Below the pieces are notes generated by a model. That model searched no databases. It was given only the letters and a program-made list of their open reading frames with translations, and was not told the DNA's origin. The position numbers and the translations under genes are program-made. This document shows positions 37,872-47,221 of a stretch of DNA of 64,000 nucleotides, piece by piece (positions within the stretch are counted from its first letter, which is position 1; each line of letters starts with the position of its first letter). Source of the DNA: an uncultured Actinomycetes bacterium (GTDB lineage Bacteria; Actinomycetota; Thermoleophilia; Gaiellales; JAICJC01); NCBI GenBank assembly GCA_963701125.1, contig OY969568.1, positions 2,071,510 to 2,135,509 on the forward strand, read 5' to 3'.

Positions 37872-38815
37872 CGGGCCCGTCCGGATGCCCGGTCGTCGTC
37901 GCCCTCGGCGGCAATGCGCTGCTCAAGCGCGGGGAGCCGCCCGATGTCGCCCGCCAGCGGATGAACGTCGAGGTCGCCGCGGATGCGCTTGCGGCCATCG
38001 CGCGTGACCACCGCCTGGTGATCACGCACGGCAACGGCCCCCAGGTGGGGGTGCTCGCGCTCCAGTCCGAGGCGTCGGCGACGCCCTCGCCGCTCGACGT
38101 GCTCGGAGCCGAGACCGAGGGGATGATCGGGTATCTGATCGAGCAGGCGCTCGGCAACCGGCTCGGTGGGTCGTCGGTCGCGACGCTGCTCACCCAGGTC
38201 GTCGTCGCCGCGGCGGACCCGGCGTTCGGCGCGCCGACCAAGCCCATCGGCCCGATCTACTCCGAGGCCGAAGCCCGCAGGCTCGCCGCCGAGCGCGGCT
38301 GGACGGTGGCCGCCGACGGGACGAGCTTCCGGCGGGTGGTGGCCTCGCCGCAGCCCCTGGACGTCGTCGAGCTGCGCACGATCCGGCTTCTGCTCGACGC
38401 CGGTGTGACGGTGGTCTGCGCGGGCGGCGGCGGCGTGCCCGTCGTCGCCGATGCCGCCGGCCACCTGCACGGCGTCGAGGCCGTGATCGACAAGGACCTC
38501 TCGGCCGCGCTCCTCGCCGAGCGCCTGGGAGCGTCACAGCTCGTGATGCTCACGGACGTCGAGGCCGTCTCGAAGGATTGGGGCACGCCTGCGGCGGCGC
38601 CGATCCGCACGATCGATGTCGCGACGCTGCGCTCGATCCCGTTCGCCGCCGGATCGATGGGGCCGAAGGTCGAAGCCGCCTGCCGGTTCGTCGAGGCGAC
38701 CGGTGGAACGGCCGCCATCGGATCGCTGGCCGACGCCGCCCGCGTCGTCGCCGGAGCCGCGGGGACGGTTGTCGTCCCCGCGACGGGCGGCGCCGCCACG
38801 GCCGTCGCCGTCTGA
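37868..38815 (+). CDS. arcC: Carbamate kinase
   Basis: ALGGNAL, THGNGPQVG, RRVVASP, GGGGVPV, EAVIDKD, GSMGPK. Confidence 0.95.
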   Translation: MTGPSGCPVVVALGGNALLKRGEPPDVARQRMNVEVAADALAAIARDHRLVITHGNGPQVGVLALQSEASATPSPLDVLGAETEGMIGYLIEQALGNRLGGSSVATLLTQVVVAAADPAFGAPTKPIGPIYSEAEARRLAAERGWTVAADGTSFRRVVASPQPLDVVELRTIRLLLDAGVTVVCAGGGGVPVVADAAGHLHGVEAVIDKDLSAALLAERLGASQLVMLTDVEAVSKDWGTPAAAPIRTIDVATLRSIPFAAGSMGPKVEAACRFVEATGGTAAIGSLADAARVVAGAAGTVVVPATGGAATAVAV

Positions 38816-38956
38816 ACGCTTCGGCCGGGCCGCATGTGCGTGGGCATGACAAGCGGGTTTCGCCGAGCGCAGGATCAGCGAAAACCCCGATGTCCGGCCC
38901 ATGGCGGGCACGGGAGACTCACCCTGACAACCCACGAATTTGCAGGAGGTGGCATC

Positions 38957-39427
38957 GTGTTCAAGACAATCGTGCTCGCCGTCGACGGCTCGGAGTCGTC
39001 CGACCGCGCGGTGTCCTACGCCGGCGACCTGGCCCGGGAATCGGGCGGGCGCATCGTCGCCGTCCACATCAAGGAGCTGATTGCGGGCCGCTTCGCGGGC
39101 CCCGTCCACGTCGACGAGGACGACCTGCAGGCCAAGATCCGCAAGCAGGTCAAGGACTTGACCGACGCCGGCGTGAACATCACCGTCGAGATGCACTCGA
39201 CGATGACCGGAGGTCCCGCTCCCGTGATCGCCGACACGGCGACGCGTGAGGGCGCCGATGTGATCGTCACGGGCACCCGTGGCCATACCGCGCTTGCAGG
39301 CGTGATCGTCGGGAGCGTCGCACAGCGCCTGCTGCACGTGGCCCCGTGCCCCGTGCTCGTCGTCCCGCCGCCGCACGGCCCGCAGGGACATGCCGCGAAG
39401 CAGGCCGAGCAGGTCGCAGCCGGCTGA
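38957..39427 (+). CDS. Universal stress protein
   Basis: AGGAGG + GTG; IVLAVDGS, GTRG..GSVAQRLLH.APCPVL. Confidence 0.9.
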   Translation: MFKTIVLAVDGSESSDRAVSYAGDLARESGGRIVAVHIKELIAGRFAGPVHVDEDDLQAKIRKQVKDLTDAGVNITVEMHSTMTGGPAPVIADTATREGADVIVTGTRGHTALAGVIVGSVAQRLLHVAPCPVLVVPPPHGPQGHAAKQAEQVAAG

Positions 39428-39441
39428 ACGCAGCGTCCGCC

Positions 39442-39477
39442 ACGCATGTCCGCCTCCTCGGGGGCGGACATGCGTTT
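39442..39477 (+). terminator. Intrinsic terminator-like hairpin
   Basis: 13-bp stem ACGCATGTCCGCC/GGCGGACATGCGT, short T run, just after usp stop. Confidence 0.65.
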
Positions 39478-39506
39478 GCGGGTGCCTGCGGGAAACGGCG
39501 TTTGGG

Positions 39507-41240
39507 ATGACGGCCGGAACACCAGATGTGCCCGCGACGGATGATCCGCGCCTCGCCGCGCTCATCGAGGCCGGGACGGTCGTCGCGAGCGGCCTCGATC
39601 TCGAGGCCGTGCTTACGCGCCTGCTCGATCACGCCCGGGCGCTGACCGGTGCGCGCTACGCGGCGGTCGGCGTCCTCGACGACACGGGCGCGCGGATCGA
39701 GCGGTTCGTCACGGTCGGGATCTCCGACCAGGAGCGCGCGGCACTCGGTGCCCCGCCCACCGGACTCGGCATCCTCGGTGTGCTCATCACCGATCCGCGC
39801 CCGCTGCGGCTCGCCGACCTCGGAAGCGACCCCAGGGCGGCCGGCTTCCCGCCCGGGCATCCGCCGATGCGCTCGTTCCTGGGCGTGCCCGTCGTCGCGG
39901 GCGGCGCCGTGTTCGGGAACCTGTACCTGACCGACAAGTCCGGCGGCGAGTTCACCGCCGACGACGAGCATCTGATCGTCACCCTCGCGGCGTATGCGGG
40001 CGTCGCCGTCCAGAACGCCAGGCTCTATGCGCTTGAGCGCGCCCGCGCGGCCGAGCTCGAGGCCGCGGTGCGTGAGCTCTCGTCGATCCACGACATCGCC
40101 GATTCCGTGCTCGGCGGCGGCTCGCGTGACGACATGATGGTCCTGATCGCCGAGCGCGCCCGGGCCGCCCTGGGCTGCAGCCTCGTGACGATCGCGCTGC
40201 CCGGCTCCTCGGGCGACGGCCTCGAGGTGGTGGCGGCGGCGGGTGCGCGCGCCGCCAACGTCCTCGGCGCGCAGCTGCCCGCGGCCGCGTCGAAGATCGG
40301 CACCGCGATGCGCGCCCGCCGCAGCGTCCGCGTCGAGAACCTCGCCGACGACCCCGACGCACACCAGCCCACCGTGGCGCTCCTCGGCGTGAAGAGCCAG
40401 CTGATCGTTCCGCTCGTGCACCGGGCGGAGGCGCTCGGAGCAATCACCGCGGGGGCCGATGCCGACGGCAGCCCCCTCACGGCGGACGACGAGCGCATCC
40501 TCGCGACGTACGCGACGCGGGCGGTGCTCGCGCTCGTGATCGCGCGTGTGATCGGCGCCGAGCGCGATCGGGTCGAGGCCGAGGGGCGTCTGCGCGCGGC
40601 CGAGCTGCGGGCGAGCGAGCGACGCGAGATGCTGCGCAGGGTGGTCGACGCCCAGGAGCACGAGCGGCGCCGGATCGCCCGCGAGCTGCACGACGAGACC
40701 GGCCAGGCGCTCACGTCGGTGCTGCTCGGCCTGCGCCTGATCGAGCAGGTGAGCCCGGAGGTCTCAGCGGCCGTGGCCGACCTGCGCGAGACCATCACCA
40801 ACGCGATCCGGGAGCTGCGCGCGCTCGCAGTCGAGCTGCGGCCCAAGGCGCTCGACGACTTCGGGCTCGGTGCGGCGATCGAGCGTCTGGCCGACACGTA
40901 CTCGCGGCGAACCGGGATCGCGATTGACGTCCACGTGACCGGCGTGACCGAGCGGCTGCCGGAGGACATCGAGACCGCGCTCTACAGGATCGTCCAGGAG
41001 AGCCTGACGAACGTGGCCAAGCATGCGGGGGCGGCCCGCGCGAGCGTGACCGTGCATCGCGGGCCGCACTCGGTCGCCGCCGTCGTCGAGGACGACGGCA
41101 CCGGCTTTGACCCTGCCACGATCACGCCCGGCCTCGGGCTCTCATCGATGCTCGAGCGGGCCGAGCTCGTGTCGGGGACGGTCAGGGTCGAGTCCCGTCC
41201 GGATGGAGGGACTACCATCGCGGCGGAGGTGCCACTGTGA
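39507..41240 (+). CDS. Second DosS-like GAF-GAF-HisKA_3 sensor kinase
   Basis: GILGVL, GFPPGHPPMRSFLGVP, RELHDETGQ, QESLTN, EDDGTGF; paralogue of 31399 gene. Confidence 0.88.
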   Translation: MTAGTPDVPATDDPRLAALIEAGTVVASGLDLEAVLTRLLDHARALTGARYAAVGVLDDTGARIERFVTVGISDQERAALGAPPTGLGILGVLITDPRPLRLADLGSDPRAAGFPPGHPPMRSFLGVPVVAGGAVFGNLYLTDKSGGEFTADDEHLIVTLAAYAGVAVQNARLYALERARAAELEAAVRELSSIHDIADSVLGGGSRDDMMVLIAERARAALGCSLVTIALPGSSGDGLEVVAAAGARAANVLGAQLPAAASKIGTAMRARRSVRVENLADDPDAHQPTVALLGVKSQLIVPLVHRAEALGAITAGADADGSPLTADDERILATYATRAVLALVIARVIGAERDRVEAEGRLRAAELRASERREMLRRVVDAQEHERRRIARELHDETGQALTSVLLGLRLIEQVSPEVSAAVADLRETITNAIRELRALAVELRPKALDDFGLGAAIERLADTYSRRTGIAIDVHVTGVTERLPEDIETALYRIVQESLTNVAKHAGAARASVTVHRGPHSVAAVVEDDGTGFDPATITPGLGLSSMLERAELVSGTVRVESRPDGGTTIAAEVPL

Positions 41241-41869
41241 TCCGAGTGCTGATCGTGGATGACCATCCCGTCGTGCGGGCGGGATTGCGGCTGCTGCTCG
41301 AGCGGGAGGACGACATGGAGCCCGTCGGCGAGGCCGGCGATGCCCAGGAGGCCCTGCGCGAGGCCCAGAAGCTCGAGCCCGACGTCATCCTCATGGACGT
41401 CGTCATGCCCGGCGCAACCGGCGTCGACGCGGCGGCCGAGATCCGCCACGTCGTGCCGTCGGCGCGCATCCTCATGCTCTCGATGCAGGACGACCCCTCC
41501 TACGTGCGCCAGGCCTTCACGAACGGTGCCATCGGCTACGTGCTGAAGGAGGCCGCCGATTCCGAGCTCGTCACGGCGATCCGGCGGGTCGCGGCAGGCG
41601 AGCAGTACGTCCATCCGACGCTCGGGGCCAAGCTCGTCGCCGGCGCGCCGTCGTCCCGCCCGACCGACGATCCGCTGTCCGATCGCGAGCGTGAGGTGCT
41701 CTCGCTGCTCGCGCTCGGCCACACGAACCAGGAGATCGCCGACCGGCTCGTCGTGAGCGTCCGCACGGTCGAGGCGCATCGCGCGCACATCCTGACCAAG
41801 CTGCGCCTCTCGACCCGGGCCGATCTCGTCCGCTACGCGATCGACGCCGGCCTGCTCGAGACGCGGTAG
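41237..41869 (+). CDS. NarL/NreC-like response regulator
   Basis: VDDHP, MDVVMP, YVLK, LSDREREV..GHTNQEIA..SVRTVEAHR. Confidence 0.92.
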   Translation: MIRVLIVDDHPVVRAGLRLLLEREDDMEPVGEAGDAQEALREAQKLEPDVILMDVVMPGATGVDAAAEIRHVVPSARILMLSMQDDPSYVRQAFTNGAIGYVLKEAADSELVTAIRRVAAGEQYVHPTLGAKLVAGAPSSRPTDDPLSDREREVLSLLALGHTNQEIADRLVVSVRTVEAHRAHILTKLRLSTRADLVRYAIDAGLLETR

Positions 41870-41904
41870 CGCTCGAGACGCGGTAGCGCTCGAGCCGCGC
41901 TAGC
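41854..41904 (+). repeat. Triple 17-bp tandem repeat over the regulator stop codon
   Basis: GCTCGAGACGCGGTAGC x2 exact plus GCTCGAGCCGCGCTAGC (2 mismatches). Confidence 0.9.
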
Positions 41905-42003
41905 CGTACTTTCCCGACACATGGTTCGGTGGGCTCACCGATGCTCCCGCGGCCGTGTCCCGCGATGCTGGACCCACCAAACCACCGATTGGGGGTGCCT
42001 TCC

Positions 42004-42306
42004 ATGCCCGACAAGATTTCCGTCATCGCAAAGATCCGCCCCGGCAAGCGTGAGGATCTCGAACGGCTGCTCGAGAAGGGGCCGCCGTTCGACCTCGACG
42101 CCGAGGGGTTCGAGCGCCACGAGGTGTTCCTGGGTGACACGGACGTCGTGTTCATCTTCACCGGCCCCGGCGCGGTCGCGCATCTCGAGCGCATGGCTGC
42201 GTCGCGCGCGCTGTTCAGCCACGTCCTCAAGATGACGGGGCTCGTTTCGGCGCCGCGGGTGCTGAACCAGATGTACGAGTGGCACCGCGAGGCGCAGCCC
42301 AGCTAG
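42004..42306 (+). CDS. Hypothetical small protein
   Basis: Protein-like 100-aa ORF (GPPFDL..FERHEVFL..VVFIF.G) with normal codon usage. Confidence 0.65.
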   Translation: MPDKISVIAKIRPGKREDLERLLEKGPPFDLDAEGFERHEVFLGDTDVVFIFTGPGAVAHLERMAASRALFSHVLKMTGLVSAPRVLNQMYEWHREAQPS

Positions 42307-44054
42307 CCGGCGGCGGTACCGACCTGAGCGTTTCGGTCGCGCACGGTGACGTCGAATCCGAGCTCCTCGGGGGCATGCAGCGCGAGGAGCTGCGAGTCGG
42401 TGCCCTCGAGGCCGCGCGGGCGCAGCAGCGAGACGGCCACCATCGTCGTGAAGGCGATCGGCACCGTGACGACCGCGGGCTGTGCGAGCAGCGCGCCGAT
42501 CGACCCCGAGCCGCCCACGTGCGCGAGGTCGAGGAAGATCGCGGTGGTGGCGAGCGTGCCGCCGAGCACGAGCCCTGCGATCGCGCCGGGCGCCGTGAGC
42601 CGGCTCCACCAGATGCCGAGCAGGAAGAGCGGGCAGAACGTGCTCGCCGCGAGCGCGAATGCCCATCCGACGAGCAGGCTGATGTCGAGGTTCTCGGCGA
42701 CGAGTGCGAGCGCGACCGGGATGAGGATTCCCAGCGGCGCGGCGATCCGGAACTGCGCCTGCCGTGCGCGCGTCCCGGTCGCGTGGGCGCGGCGCAGCCG
42801 CGGCCAGACGTCGTACGAGAGCGTGCCGGCGATCGACACCAGCAGCCCGGATGAGGTTGACATGAATGCCGCGAACGCCCCGGCCGCGACGACGCCTCCG
42901 AGCAGCTCGCCGGGCAGGCCCGGCCACGCGGCCCGCGGCACCTGCAGCACCACGGCGTCCGTCTGCCCCGTGACGTAGAGGCCGGGGGTGACCGCGCGGC
43001 CGAGCAGGCCGTAGATGCCGGGGAAGAGGTAGAAGACGCCGAGCAGGCTGAGGACGCTGACGGTCGTTCGCCGCGCCGCCGGGCCGTCCGGGTTCGTGTA
43101 GAACCGCACAAGGATGTGCGGCAGGCCCATCGTGCCCAGGAACGTCGCGAGCAGGAGCGAGTACAGGAAGAGCGGCGAGGAGTCGCCGCTCGACGACACG
43201 GGCCGTGCCCAGTCGATGCCCCGCTGGGCCGTCACTCCCGGGCCGGCCGGCAGCACCGCCCCGGCGGCGAACCGCACCCGGCCCGCCGGCAGCGTCCGGT
43301 GCTCCCCCGCGCCTGCCCGGTGGGGGCCGTGGGCGTCGACATACGCCGAGGCGGCCGGGAAGCGCACGGGCGTCGGCGCCGTGAGGATGAGCGACACGCC
43401 GCTCGCAGGGGCGCGGGCGTAGGAGTGGCCGAAGAGCGCCGGGCCGGTGGGCATGCCGCCGAGGTGGATCACGATCAGCACGGCCGGCACGGCGATTGCG
43501 GTGAGCTTCACCCAGAACTGGAACGCCTGCACGTAGGTGATGCCGCGCATCCCGCCGAGCGCCACGCCGAGCGGGACGATCGCCCCCACCACGACCACGC
43601 CGACCCAGTAGGGCAGGTTGGTGAGCTCGTCCAGAGCGAGGCCGGCGCCCTTCAGCTGCGGCACCAGGTAGAAGCCGCTGATCACGAGCACGACCACCGA
43701 GGACAGGAGCCGCAGGGCCGGGCTGCCGAGCCGGGCCTCCGCGAAGTCGGCGATCGTGTAGGAGCCGTAGCGGCGCAGCGGTGCCGCCACGAACAGGAGC
43801 AGCGCCAGGTATCCGGCGGCAAAGCCCACCGCCTGCCACAGCGCGCCGGCGCCGACCTTGAGGGTGAGGCCGGCGATGCCCAGGAAGCTCGCGGCCGACA
43901 GGTACTCGCCCGAGATCGCGCCCGCGTTCCACCACGTCGACACCGAGCGCGACGCCACGAAGAGGTCGGACGTCGTGCGGGCCACGCGAACGCCCGAGAC
44001 GCTCAGGCGGACGGCGACGAGCACCACCGCCGCCACCATCACAAGCGCGATCAT
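42303..44054 (-). CDS. Cation/acetate symporter (ActP-like, SSS family)
   Basis: ISGEYLSAASFLG, YTIADF, GTMGLPHILVRFYTNPDG, AFAAFMSTSSG. Confidence 0.88.
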   Translation of the reverse strand: MIALVMVAAVVLVAVRLSVSGVRVARTTSDLFVASRSVSTWWNAGAISGEYLSAASFLGIAGLTLKVGAGALWQAVGFAAGYLALLLFVAAPLRRYGSYTIADFAEARLGSPALRLLSSVVVLVISGFYLVPQLKGAGLALDELTNLPYWVGVVVVGAIVPLGVALGGMRGITYVQAFQFWVKLTAIAVPAVLIVIHLGGMPTGPALFGHSYARAPASGVSLILTAPTPVRFPAASAYVDAHGPHRAGAGEHRTLPAGRVRFAAGAVLPAGPGVTAQRGIDWARPVSSSGDSSPLFLYSLLLATFLGTMGLPHILVRFYTNPDGPAARRTTVSVLSLLGVFYLFPGIYGLLGRAVTPGLYVTGQTDAVVLQVPRAAWPGLPGELLGGVVAAGAFAAFMSTSSGLLVSIAGTLSYDVWPRLRRAHATGTRARQAQFRIAAPLGILIPVALALVAENLDISLLVGWAFALAASTFCPLFLLGIWWSRLTAPGAIAGLVLGGTLATTAIFLDLAHVGGSGSIGALLAQPAVVTVPIAFTTMVAVSLLRPRGLEGTDSQLLALHAPEELGFDVTVRDRNAQVGTAAG

Positions 44055-44377
44055 TCGCTCTGCACCAGCTCGCGGAACGCGTCGTCGATCGCGTCGGCGC
44101 GGCGGCGGTAGATCCACCCGATCACGACGAAGAGCGGGAACGGGGGCACGGCCACGAGCAGATCTGCGACCGGGATCCCCCCGAGCGTCAGCCGTTGCAG
44201 CCGGCCCACGAGGAGCAGCAGCGGCAGCGACCCGAGCAGGCCGCCGAACGCCACGAGCGCCACGAGCGACAGCGCGAGCTGCGCGCGCACCAGCCGGCGC
44301 AGGTAGACGCCTCCGTGCGCGGTTGCGTCCGCGAGCTCGTCGCCGGGCGTGCGCGACCGCGGCCGCGACTGGCTCAA
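44051..44377 (-). CDS. DUF485-like small membrane protein
   Basis: TTG overlapping LytTR stop; YLRRLVRAQL, two TMs; usual position before ActP-like genes. Confidence 0.7.
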   Translation of the reverse strand: MSQSRPRSRTPGDELADATAHGGVYLRRLVRAQLALSLVALVAFGGLLGSLPLLLLVGRLQRLTLGGIPVADLLVAVPPFPLFVVIGWIYRRRADAIDDAFRELVQSE

Positions 44378-45117
44378 AGGCGCAGGCTCCGCAGCAGGTC
44401 GGGCAGGTTCCGGCGGGCGACCGGCACCTCGCTCGAGTCGGCCAGGACGAGCGTCGCCGTGCCGTTCAGCTGCGGCCGCACCTCGACGGCGCGGCGCAGA
44501 TTCACGAGATAGCGGCGGTGCACGCGCACGAACCCGTGCGCCTCCCACCGGACGGCCAGGTCACCGAGGCTCGAGCGCAGCAGATAGCGGCCGCCGCCCT
44601 CACTCACGATGCGCACGAAATCGCCCTGCGCCTCCAGGTAGAGCACCTCCGAGCGGGGGAGCAGCCGCGTCCCGCCGCCGCGCAGGTTCGACACCGGGAT
44701 CAGACCGGCGCTCGGTGACTCCTCGGCGTCCGGCGCGGTCCGGCGGCCGGTCTCGGCCGCGACGCGGCGGATGGCCTCCTCGATGCGCTGGCGGCTGACC
44801 GGCTTCACCAGGTAGTCGAGCACGTGCAGCTCGAATGCCTCGACGGCCGCATTCTCGTATGCGCTCACGAACACCACGGCGGGCGGATCGCCGAACCGGC
44901 GCACGACTCCCGCCAGCTCGAGGCCGTCGACCCCGGGCATGCGCACGTCCAGAAAGACGCCGTCGTACCGCCGCCGCGCAAGCTTGCCGAGCGCGTCCTC
45001 GCCGCTCGCCGAGGCGTCGACGTGGGCAACGGCGGCCGACGCCCGCAGCATCCGGGCGAGGTCGTGCAGCGCGGGCAGCTCGTCGTCGACGGCGAGCAGC
45101 GAGAGGCCTTCGCTCAC
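44374..45117 (-). CDS. LytTR-family response regulator
   Basis: AVDDE, FLDVRMP, DYLVKP, FVRVHRRYLVN, VPVARR. Confidence 0.92.
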   Translation of the reverse strand: MSEGLSLLAVDDELPALHDLARMLRASAAVAHVDASASGEDALGKLARRRYDGVFLDVRMPGVDGLELAGVVRRFGDPPAVVFVSAYENAAVEAFELHVLDYLVKPVSRQRIEEAIRRVAAETGRRTAPDAEESPSAGLIPVSNLRGGGTRLLPRSEVLYLEAQGDFVRIVSEGGGRYLLRSSLGDLAVRWEAHGFVRVHRRYLVNLRRAVEVRPQLNGTATLVLADSSEVPVARRNLPDLLRSLRL

Positions 45118-46295
45118 GCGACCACCCTCACTCCGGCGCGGCCCTTGGGCAGGGTCATCAGCACCGAGGTTCCGTCACCCGGCTGCGACCGGATCTCGAG
45201 GCCGTACCGCTCGCCGAACGTCGTCTGCAGCCGGCGGTGGACGTTGGCGAGCCCGATCCCGTCCGTCCGCCCCTCGAGCGCCGCCGCCGCGCGCTCGGGC
45301 GGCATGCCGGCGCCGTCATCCGTGACCCGCAGCTCGACCTCGCGGTCGAAGTCGGCGGCGATGATCTGCACGTTGCCTCCGATACCCATCTCGAGACCGT
45401 GCCGAATCGCGTTCTCGACGAGCGGCTGCACCGAGAGCGCCGGGATGCGCGTGTGCAGCACCTCGGGCGCGACCTGGACACGCACGTGCAGGCGGTCGCC
45501 AAAGCGGGCCTGCTCGAGCCGCAGGTACTTCTCGACGTAGCGCAGCTCGTCGGCGAGCGTCACGTAGGGGCGCTCGCGGGCGAAGGCGTAGCGGATGAAC
45601 TCCGAGAACTCGGTGAGGAGCTCGCGCGCCTCCTCGGGGCTCGTGTGGATCGAGTTTGCGACCGCCGTGAGCGCGTTGTAGACGAAGTGCGGCGAGATCT
45701 GGGCCCGGAGCGCCCGCAGCTCGGCGCGCGCGAGCAGCTCGCCCTGCGTCTCGAGCGCCGCCAGCGCCACCTGGGCGCCGACGAGGCTGGCCGCCTCCTG
45801 CACGACGCGCATGTCCTCGGGCCGGATCCGGCCCGGGCTCGTGTAGAACGCGATCAGGCTGCCGACCGAGGCGTTCTGCACCGTGATGGGCACGATCACG
45901 GCGGCGCGCAGCGGGCAGTCGGGATGGCCGCACTCGAACCGGGGCTCGACCTCCACCCGGTCGCCGGCGCCTCCGGTGCGGAGGCTCGCGATGGGATCGC
46001 CGGCGGCGTGGTGGCGGTCACCGGCGCCGACGAAGGCGAGGACGCGCTCGCCGTCTGCGAGTGCGATCGCCGCCGCCTGCGTCAGCTCGAGCAGATGCGG
46101 CGCCGCGCGCGACGCGGTCTCGGCCGTCAGCCCGCGCCGCAGGTGCGGGAGCGTCGCGGCGGCGGCATGGAGGGCCGCCTGCATCGCGTGGCCTTCCGGA
46201 GAGAGCACGCGCTTGGGCGTGCGCAGAAGGCGCACCGCCGCCACGCTCGAGGCTGCCACTCCGAGCCCGACGACGAATCCCAGAATCACATCCAT
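45114..46295 (-). CDS. LytS/YehU-family histidine kinase
   Basis: LRAQISPHFVYNAL, LEQARFGDRL, QPLVENAIRHG, GIGLANV. Confidence 0.9.
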   Translation of the reverse strand: MDVILGFVVGLGVAASSVAAVRLLRTPKRVLSPEGHAMQAALHAAAATLPHLRRGLTAETASRAAPHLLELTQAAAIALADGERVLAFVGAGDRHHAAGDPIASLRTGGAGDRVEVEPRFECGHPDCPLRAAVIVPITVQNASVGSLIAFYTSPGRIRPEDMRVVQEAASLVGAQVALAALETQGELLARAELRALRAQISPHFVYNALTAVANSIHTSPEEARELLTEFSEFIRYAFARERPYVTLADELRYVEKYLRLEQARFGDRLHVRVQVAPEVLHTRIPALSVQPLVENAIRHGLEMGIGGNVQIIAADFDREVELRVTDDGAGMPPERAAAALEGRTDGIGLANVHRRLQTTFGERYGLEIRSQPGDGTSVLMTLPKGRAGVRVVA

Positions 46296-46347
46296 GGCGG
46301 CGCGATCCTCCTCCTGCCGGACAGCATAACCCTGCGCCGGGCGGCGT

Positions 46348-46399
46348 CCGTTCGGCGCGTCAGAACGGCCGCTCACCGTCCCCTGGGCGCCGTTCATCG
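46348..46399 (+). promoter_or_regulatory. LytTR-type direct repeats upstream of satP
   Basis: CCGTTCGGCG (46348), CCGCTCACCG (46369), CCGTTCATCG (46390): 21-bp period. Confidence 0.7.
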
Positions 46400-46476
46400 A
46401 TGTCCGATAGCGGACGAGTGGCGGTGGGAATACCTTCATGTGCCAGATCGCACACATCGACGAAGGAGGGAGTCCC

Positions 46477-47133
46477 ATGTCGGTTCAGAATCCCACCGCT
46501 GCGGGCGCCGTCGGCCGCGAGGCGGCCACGTCGTCCGAAGTGGTGGACTCGCGTTCGGGGGGCGGGATCAAGATCGCCGACCCGGGCCCGCTCGGGTTGG
46601 CGGGCTTCGCGATGACCACGTTCGTGCTCAGCATGTTCAACGCCGACATCGTGTCGCGCAACGGCGAGGCGATCGTCTTCGGGCTGGCGCTCACCTACGG
46701 CGGCCTCGCGCAGCTCTTGGCCGGCATGTGGGAGTTCCGCACCGGCAACACGTTCGGCGCGGTCGCGTTCACCTCGTACGGCGCGTTCTGGCTCTCGTTC
46801 TGGGCATTCGTCCAGTTCTACGCGTCGAGCGTCCCGGCGGCCGACGCGGGTCACGCGGTCGGGCTGTACCTGATCGCGTGGGGCATCTTCACGGCCTACA
46901 TGTTCATCGCGTCGCTGCGTACGACCGGCGCGATTGCGACCGTGTTCATCCTGCTTGCGGTCACGTTCTTCGTGCTCGGCACGGGCGACGCCAGAGGCAG
47001 CAACACGCTGGTCAAGACCGCGGGCTACCTCGGCCTGGCGACGGCCGTCGCAGCCTGGTACGCGTCGTTCGCGGCTGTGACGAACTCCACATTCGGACGC
47101 ACCGTCCTGCCGGTGTTCCCGCTCACGCGGTAG
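46477..47133 (+). CDS. satP: Acetate uptake channel, GPR1/FUN34/YaaH family
   Basis: ADPGPLGLAGFAMTT, YGGLAQLLAG, NTFG..FTSYGAFW; AAGGAGG RBS. Confidence 0.9.
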   Translation: MSVQNPTAAGAVGREAATSSEVVDSRSGGGIKIADPGPLGLAGFAMTTFVLSMFNADIVSRNGEAIVFGLALTYGGLAQLLAGMWEFRTGNTFGAVAFTSYGAFWLSFWAFVQFYASSVPAADAGHAVGLYLIAWGIFTAYMFIASLRTTGAIATVFILLAVTFFVLGTGDARGSNTLVKTAGYLGLATAVAAWYASFAAVTNSTFGRTVLPVFPLTR

Positions 47134-47169
47134 GCGCGTCCTCGCGGCGCCGGCATTTCAGAATCACGG

Positions 47170-47200
47170 TCCGCCCCGCCCGTTCACCGGGTGGGGCGGA
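47170..47200 (+). other. Intergenic stem-loop between satP and acs
   Basis: TCCGCCCCGCCCG-TTCAC-CGGGTGGGGCGGA, no T tail. Confidence 0.5.
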
Positions 47201-47221
47201 CACGGCATTGGAGGTTGACTT

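Noticed and set aside
41854-41904. Possible mini-CRISPR
   Set aside because: 17-bp units abut without spacers; no cas genes
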